The notes beneath the pieces are model-generated. The model did not search any database and was not told the DNA's origin. It saw only the letters and a list, made by a program, of their open reading frames with translations. A DNA stretch of 48,319 bases, from positions 1 through 48,319 of the forward strand of contig DASXOR010000011.1 of NCBI GenBank assembly GCA_036494095.1. The letters run 5' to 3'. The stretch is from Gaiellales bacterium. GTDB taxonomy: Bacteria; Actinomycetota; Thermoleophilia; Gaiellales; JAICJC01. Positions 43,555 to 48,319 of the stretch are shown in pieces. Every line of letters begins with the position of its first letter. Positions within the stretch are counted from its first letter, which is position 1. Made by a program: the position numbers and the translations under genes.

Positions 43555-44645
43555 GCCGGGATCTCCTCTTCCTCGGGTTCGCGATCGGCGCCGTCCACCG
43601 GCCGGTTGTGCTGCCGATCCCACACAAGGCGGACTTGACGTCCGCGCGCGGCCAGCGCCTGCATCGACGACGTGGCCTGGTTCTGCTGCACCACCACGAG
43701 CTCTCCGCCCGCCGTCAGCGCGACGATGTAGCGCGTGTTCACGCCCAGGTAGACGACCTCCGAGACGACGCCGTCGGCAGTGCACTGATCGGGCCCGGGC
43801 TGCTCGTCGGGCGCCGCCAGATGGATCTTCTCGGGACGCACCGTGAACGTCCCCTCGGTGCCCGTGATCGTGCGGGCGATCGCCCCGGCGATCAGGTTCG
43901 AGGTGCCCACGAACCCGGCCACGAACGCCGTCGCGGGACTCTCGTACACCTCCGCCGGCGAGCCGACCTGGTCGATCCGGCCGTCGCTGAACACCGCCAG
44001 CCGGTCGCTCATCGTGAGCGCCTCGTCCTGGTCGTGAGTCACGAACAGAAACGTGATGCCGACATCCTTCTGGATCGCCTTCAGCTCGATCTGCATCTGC
44101 TCGCGCAGCTTCAGGTCGAGCGCCCCGAGCGGCTCGTCCAGGAGCAGCACGCGGGGGCGGTTCACGAGCGCCCGCGCGAGCGCGATCCGCTGGCGCTGCC
44201 CGCCCGAGAGCTGGCTGGGCTTCCGCTTCTCGTAGCCAGGCAGGCGCACCATCTCGAGTGCCTCGGCCACACGGGCCGAGCGCTCCTTGCGGGCCACCCG
44301 CTTCACCATCAGGCCGTAGCCGACGTTGTCTCCGACCGACATGTGCGGAAAGAGCGCATAGTCCTGGAAGACCGTGTTCACGTCGCGCTGGTAGGGCGCC
44401 AGGCGCGAGACGTCGGCGCCGTCGAGCAGCACCGACCCCTCGGTGGGCAGCTCGAACCCGGCGATCAGTCGCAGCGTCGTCGTCTTGCCGGAGCCGGACG
44501 GCCCGAGCAGGGTGAAGAACTCGCCCGCCGAGACGTCCAGATCGACCCGGTCCACGGCGACGACGTCGCCGTAGGTCTTGCGCACGCCGCGCAGGCTGAC
44601 CGCCGGCGCGGAGGCGGGGGCCGGGCTAGCCGACGGCTGCGCCAA
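43551..44645 (-). CDS. potA: ABC transporter ATP-binding protein (PotA-like)
   Basis: Track ORF of 364 aa. The TTG start overlaps the gabT 3' end by 20 nt. Walker A GPSGSGKTT, signature LSGGQRQR, Walker B LLLDEP. Confidence 0.88.
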   Translation of the reverse strand: MAQPSASPAPASAPAVSLRGVRKTYGDVVAVDRVDLDVSAGEFFTLLGPSGSGKTTTLRLIAGFELPTEGSVLLDGADVSRLAPYQRDVNTVFQDYALFPHMSVGDNVGYGLMVKRVARKERSARVAEALEMVRLPGYEKRKPSQLSGGQRQRIALARALVNRPRVLLLDEPLGALDLKLREQMQIELKAIQKDVGITFLFVTHDQDEALTMSDRLAVFSDGRIDQVGSPAEVYESPATAFVAGFVGTSNLIAGAIARTITGTEGTFTVRPEKIHLAAPDEQPGPDQCTADGVVSEVVYLGVNTRYIVALTAGGELVVVQQNQATSSMQALAARGRQVRLVWDRQHNRPVDGADREPEEEEIPA

Positions 44646-45915
44646 GCGACTCCTCGAGCCGGTCGAGCCCGGCCTCGAGATCCTGGTCGGGGGCGGTGAT
44701 CGGCACCAGGATGCGGATCACGTTGTCGTGGATGCCGGTCTTGAGCAGGATCAGGCCCCGCTCGAGCGCACCCGCGACCGTGGCCGCGGCGACGTCGGCC
44801 GCCGGCTCCTTGCCGACCGGGTCCTTGACGAGCTCGATCGCGGCCATCGGCCCGATCCCGCGCACCTCGCCGATCACGGGGAAACGCGCCGCGAGGTCGC
44901 GCAGCCGTGCCTGGATGCGCTCGCCCACCTCGACCGACCGGGCCAGGAACTCGTCGCTTGCGATCGCCCGCAGGCTCTCGATCGCGGCGGCGCACGCCAC
45001 CGGGTTGCCGCCGTAGGTCGAGCCGAGCCCGCCCGGATGCACCGAGTCCATGATCTCGGCGCGGCCGATCACGCCGGCCAGCGGCATGCCCGAGGCGAGC
45101 GACTTGCCGACCGTGACGAGATCAGGGACGACGCCGGAGTGCTCGATGCCCCAGAGCGTGCCGGTGCGGCCCATGCCGGCCTGCACCTCGTCGTCGATGT
45201 AGAGGATGCCGTGCTCCTCGCAGCGGGCCTTGAGGCCCTGGATGAACTCGGGCGGCATGACCGTGAACCCGCCCTCGCCCTGCACCGGCTCGAGGATCAC
45301 GCACGCGACGCCGGCCGGGTCGACCGTCGCCTTGAACATCCAGTCGAGCGCTGCGAGCGCGTCGGCGGAGGTGATGCCGCGGTACGGATACGGGGCGCTC
45401 GCCCGGTACACCTCGGGGGCGTACGGGCCCATGCCGCGCTTGTACACGAGCTTGGACGTCAGCGTCATCGTCAGCAGCGTGCGGCCGTGGAAGCCCCGGT
45501 CGAACGTGATGACCGCGTCGCGGCCCGTGTGGTAGCGGGCGATCTTGACGGCGTTTTCGACCGCCTCCGCGCCGGAGTTGACCAGGAGCGCCTTCTTCGC
45601 GTGCGTGCCGGGCGCGAGCTCGCACAGCATCCGGCACACCTCGAGATACGGGTCGTAGGCGGCCACCGGGAAGCAGGCGTGGATCAGCTGCTCCGCCTGC
45701 TCGCGGATCGCGGCGACGATCGCCTCCGGCGTGTGGCCGAGGTTGAGGACGCCGATGCCGCCGCCGAAGTCGATGTAGGAGCGACCGTCGACGTCGGTCA
45801 GATGGGCGCCGTGGGCGCTCGCGGCGAAGATCGGCGCGATCGAGACGCCGCGCGCGACATAGCGGTCGCGCTTCGCCCGAAGCGCCTCGGTCTGTGAGCC
45901 TTGCTGGACTGCCAT
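44626..45915 (-). CDS. gabT: 4-aminobutyrate aminotransferase (class III PLP aminotransferase)
   Basis: Track ORF of 429 aa. Motifs SGAEAVENA, DEVQAGMGRTG and the PLP lysine in VTVGKSL. Confidence 0.9.
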   Translation of the reverse strand: MAVQQGSQTEALRAKRDRYVARGVSIAPIFAASAHGAHLTDVDGRSYIDFGGGIGVLNLGHTPEAIVAAIREQAEQLIHACFPVAAYDPYLEVCRMLCELAPGTHAKKALLVNSGAEAVENAVKIARYHTGRDAVITFDRGFHGRTLLTMTLTSKLVYKRGMGPYAPEVYRASAPYPYRGITSADALAALDWMFKATVDPAGVACVILEPVQGEGGFTVMPPEFIQGLKARCEEHGILYIDDEVQAGMGRTGTLWGIEHSGVVPDLVTVGKSLASGMPLAGVIGRAEIMDSVHPGGLGSTYGGNPVACAAAIESLRAIASDEFLARSVEVGERIQARLRDLAARFPVIGEVRGIGPMAAIELVKDPVGKEPAADVAAATVAGALERGLILLKTGIHDNVIRILVPITAPDQDLEAGLDRLEESLGAAVG

Positions 45916-46053
45916 TATGACCCCCGCGGGAGGAGCGTACGTTGCGCCGCCGAGTATAAGGGTCGTGGCAGTTCAGCGGGGGATCGTTCCGATAGCATTG
46001 GCCGCGGTGTCCAACGGCCGGCCCGGGCGCGGGCCTCGAAAGGACTGACGCGT

Positions 46054-47454
46054 ATGACCGACCCCGCCACCCTGCAGGAACTCGCGAAGCGGCATCTGAT
46101 GATGCACTTCACGAGCCACGGCCGCTACTCCTCGGAGGACGTCCCGATCATCAGCCGGGGCGAGGGCTGCTGGCTGTGGGACACGAACGGCAAGCGCTAT
46201 TTCGACGGGATGTCGGGGCTCTTCTGCACCCAGATCGGGCACAGCTTCGGCGCCGAGCTGGGCGAGGCGGCCGCCAGGCAGATGGCCGAGCTGCCGTTCT
46301 TCATCAACTGGAGCTACGCCCACCCGCGCGTGATCGAGCTCTCCGCCAAGATCGCCGAGCTCGCCCCGGGCGACCTCAACCGCACGTTCTTCTGCTCGGG
46401 CGGCTCCGAGGCGAACGACTCGATCATCAAGCTCGTGCGCCAGTACCACCAGATCCGCGGCGAGCACCACCGCTACAAGATGATCGCGCGCCGGCTCGCC
46501 TACCACGGCACCACCATGGGAGCGCTGTCGCTGACCGGGATCGCGGCCATCAAGGCGCCGTTCGAGCCGCTCCTGCCGGGCGTCCGCCACGTCTCGAACA
46601 CCAACGCCTACCGCCGCCCCGACGGCGAGACCGAGGCCGAGTTCACCGCGTTTCTGCTCGACGAGCTGCGCGGCGTGATCGAGCAGGAGGGCTCGCACTC
46701 GATCGCGGCCGTGTTCATGGAGCCGGTGCAGAACTCGGGCGGCACCTTCACGCCTCCCGAGGGCTACTTCCCGGGCGTGCGCGCGATCTGCGACGAGTAC
46801 GGCATCCTGCTCGTGGCCGACGAGGTCATCTGCGGGTTCGGCCGGCTGGGCACATGGTTCGCATCCGAGCGCTACGACATTCGCCCGGACGTCATCACCT
46901 TCGCGAAGGGCGTCGGCTCGGCCCACGTGCCGCTCGGCGGCGTGCTCATGACCGACCGGGTCGCCGACCCGTTCGTCACCGGCTCGCACATGTTCACGCA
47001 CGGGATCACGTACGGCGGCCACCCCGTATCGACGGCGGTCGCGCTCAAGAACCTCGAGGTGATGGAGCGCGAGGACGTGCTCGGGAACGTGCGCCGCAAC
47101 GAGCCCTACTTCCGCGGAGTGCTCGAGAAGCTCGGCGACAAGCCGATCGTCGGCGACGTGCGCGGCGCCGGCTACTTCATGTCGCTCGAGCTCGTGCGCG
47201 ACAAGGAGACGAAGGAGACGTTCTCGGACGAGGAGTGCGACCGGCTGCTGCGCGGGTTCCTGTCGCCGCGCCTGTACGACGCCGGCCTGATCTGCCGCGC
47301 CGACGACCGCGGCGACCCCGTGATCCAGCTCTCGCCGCCCCTCATCGCCACGCGCGAGGACATCGACTACGTCCATGACGTGCTGGACACGGTCCTCGAC
47401 GAGGCGTGGACCGAGATGACGAGATCCGGCGGCCGCCAGGCCGTGACCTCCTGA
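46054..47454 (+). CDS. second class III (omega-amine:pyruvate/oxoglutarate type) aminotransferase
   Basis: ATG 46054 inside track ORF 45901..47454. Motifs SGGSEANDS, ADEVICGFGRLG and the PLP lysine in ITFAKGV. Confidence 0.9.
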   Translation: MTDPATLQELAKRHLMMHFTSHGRYSSEDVPIISRGEGCWLWDTNGKRYFDGMSGLFCTQIGHSFGAELGEAAARQMAELPFFINWSYAHPRVIELSAKIAELAPGDLNRTFFCSGGSEANDSIIKLVRQYHQIRGEHHRYKMIARRLAYHGTTMGALSLTGIAAIKAPFEPLLPGVRHVSNTNAYRRPDGETEAEFTAFLLDELRGVIEQEGSHSIAAVFMEPVQNSGGTFTPPEGYFPGVRAICDEYGILLVADEVICGFGRLGTWFASERYDIRPDVITFAKGVGSAHVPLGGVLMTDRVADPFVTGSHMFTHGITYGGHPVSTAVALKNLEVMEREDVLGNVRRNEPYFRGVLEKLGDKPIVGDVRGAGYFMSLELVRDKETKETFSDEECDRLLRGFLSPRLYDAGLICRADDRGDPVIQLSPPLIATREDIDYVHDVLDTVLDEAWTEMTRSGGRQAVTS

Positions 47455-47465
47455 CGAGCGCATCC

Positions 47466-48319
47466 GTGCTGACCGTCGCGGACATCGTCGCGATCGACGC
47501 CCTGCAGGTGACGCTGCGCGGCGGCCGCACGGGCTCCGAGCGGCAGGTGCGATGGGTGCACATCTCCGAGCTCGAGGATCCGACGCCGTGGCTGCGCGGC
47601 GGCGAGCTGTTGCTCACCACCGGCCTGCCGCTGCGATCGGGGGCCGCCGGGTACGTCGAGCGGCTCGCCGCGGCCGGGCTGACCGGCCTGGGGCTGGGGC
47701 TCGGGTTCGGCTACGACGAGGCGCCGGCCGACGCCGTCGCGGCGGCCGACCGGCTCGGCTTCCCTCTCTTCGAGATCCCCTACGACGTGCCGTTCATCGC
47801 CATCACGGAGGCGGTCGCCACCCGGCTCTCGGACGCACGCGTGGCCGAGGCCGTGCGGCGCCTGGCCGGCGACTTCGTCGAGGCCGTTCTGGGCGGCGAC
47901 GCCGGCCCGCGCGAGCTGCGCCGGCGGGCGCGGGCGTTCGGGATGCGGGGGACGCTGCCGATGTCGTTCGTCGCGCTGCGCCCGGAGACGGCCGGGGCCG
48001 CCCAGCTGGCCCGGCTGGCCGAGGCGGCGGGGCGGTTCGGCCCGGCCAGCATCCGCGACGGCGTGGTGGCGGTGCTGATCGAGGCCCGCGACGACGGCGA
48101 GGCCGAGGGGGTCGCGGCCGACCTCCTGCGCGCGACCGGCGCCGGCGCGGCCGGAGTTGGCCGCGTGCGCACCGAGCCGGCCGAGCTTGCCCGCACCTAC
48201 GACGAGGCCGTCTACGCCGTCGAGGTGCGGCCGGTGAACGGCACTCCTGCGGTCGCCACGTTTCGCGACCTGGGCTCGATCCAGCTCCTGCTCTCGCTCG
48301 GCGACGAGCGCGGCGTCGA
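47466..48319 (+). CDS. PucR family transcriptional regulator, N-terminal part (runs off the right edge)
   Basis: Not in the track because there is no stop. My translation from GTG 47466: LTVADIVAIDALQVTLRGGRTGSERQVRWVHISELEDPTPWLRGGELLLTTGL... This is typical of the PucR N-terminal domain. High GC3 to the end of the window. Confidence 0.75.
   Translation, partial: MLTVADIVAIDALQVTLRGGRTGSERQVRWVHISELEDPTPWLRGGELLLTTGLPLRSGAAGYVERLAAAGLTGLGLGLGFGYDEAPADAVAAADRLGFPLFEIPYDVPFIAITEAVATRLSDARVAEAVRRLAGDFVEAVLGGDAGPRELRRRARAFGMRGTLPMSFVALRPETAGAAQLARLAEAAGRFGPASIRDGVVAVLIEARDDGEAEGVAADLLRATGAGAAGVGRVRTEPAELARTYDEAVYAVEVRPVNGTPAVATFRDLGSIQLLLSLGDERGV

Noticed and set aside
1-48319. Scan for CRISPR arrays, tRNA/rRNA genes, integrases, transposases, and toxin-antitoxin or known defence genes
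   Set aside because: No regularly spaced direct repeats are present. No intergenic gap is long enough and cloverleaf-like, and no recombinase or defence-type domains appear among the translated ORFs.

Overview
Very GC-rich bacterial chromosome segment. Third codon positions are almost always G/C, GTG and TTG starts are frequent, and the gene content looks actinobacterial. It is densely packed with about 60 genes, mostly in short operons joined by 4-nt ATGA/GTGA stop/start overlaps. I saw no rRNA, tRNA, CRISPR array, transposase or integrase. Recognisable blocks, left to right: MtnX-like HAD phosphatase (partial); ECF sigma/anti-sigma pair; amidinotransferase + M20 peptidase; nitrilase-superfamily / Cys-His protein / quinone reductase operon; queD-queE-queF-queC (preQ1) operon; EamA transporter; RodZ-like protein; ABC-2 exporter; FUSC membrane protein; formamidase; TipA-like MerR with a textbook 19-bp-spacer promoter; a MenA-like prenyltransferase / proline dehydrogenase operon; xseAB; LysM-SLT; ArsR/thioredoxin divergon. 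A sulfur-centred neighbourhood follows: a SAM-I riboswitch in front of a ThrC-family gene coupled to a tandem GNAT, ferredoxin-type sulfite reductase, a GntR regulator, an XRE-rhodanese-membrane operon and the sulfate ABC transporter (binding protein, cysT, cysW, cysA). The window ends with an alpha/beta-hydrolase-adenylate cyclase fusion and a polyamine/GABA catabolic cluster (pot-like ABC importer, gabT, a second class III aminotransferase, partial PucR regulator). The most interesting signal is the clear S-box riboswitch, absent from the ORF track, that controls a threonine-synthase-like gene. This argues the gene works in methionine/homocysteine synthesis rather than threonine synthesis. 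Other items worth a look: an uncharacterised five-gene prenyltransferase/PRODH operon, a phytochelatin-synthase-like Cys-His-Asp protein, an AT-rich 23-bp inverted repeat, and a coding-frame switch downstream of sulfite reductase. All calls come from reading the sequence and the ORF track by eye; no database search was run.
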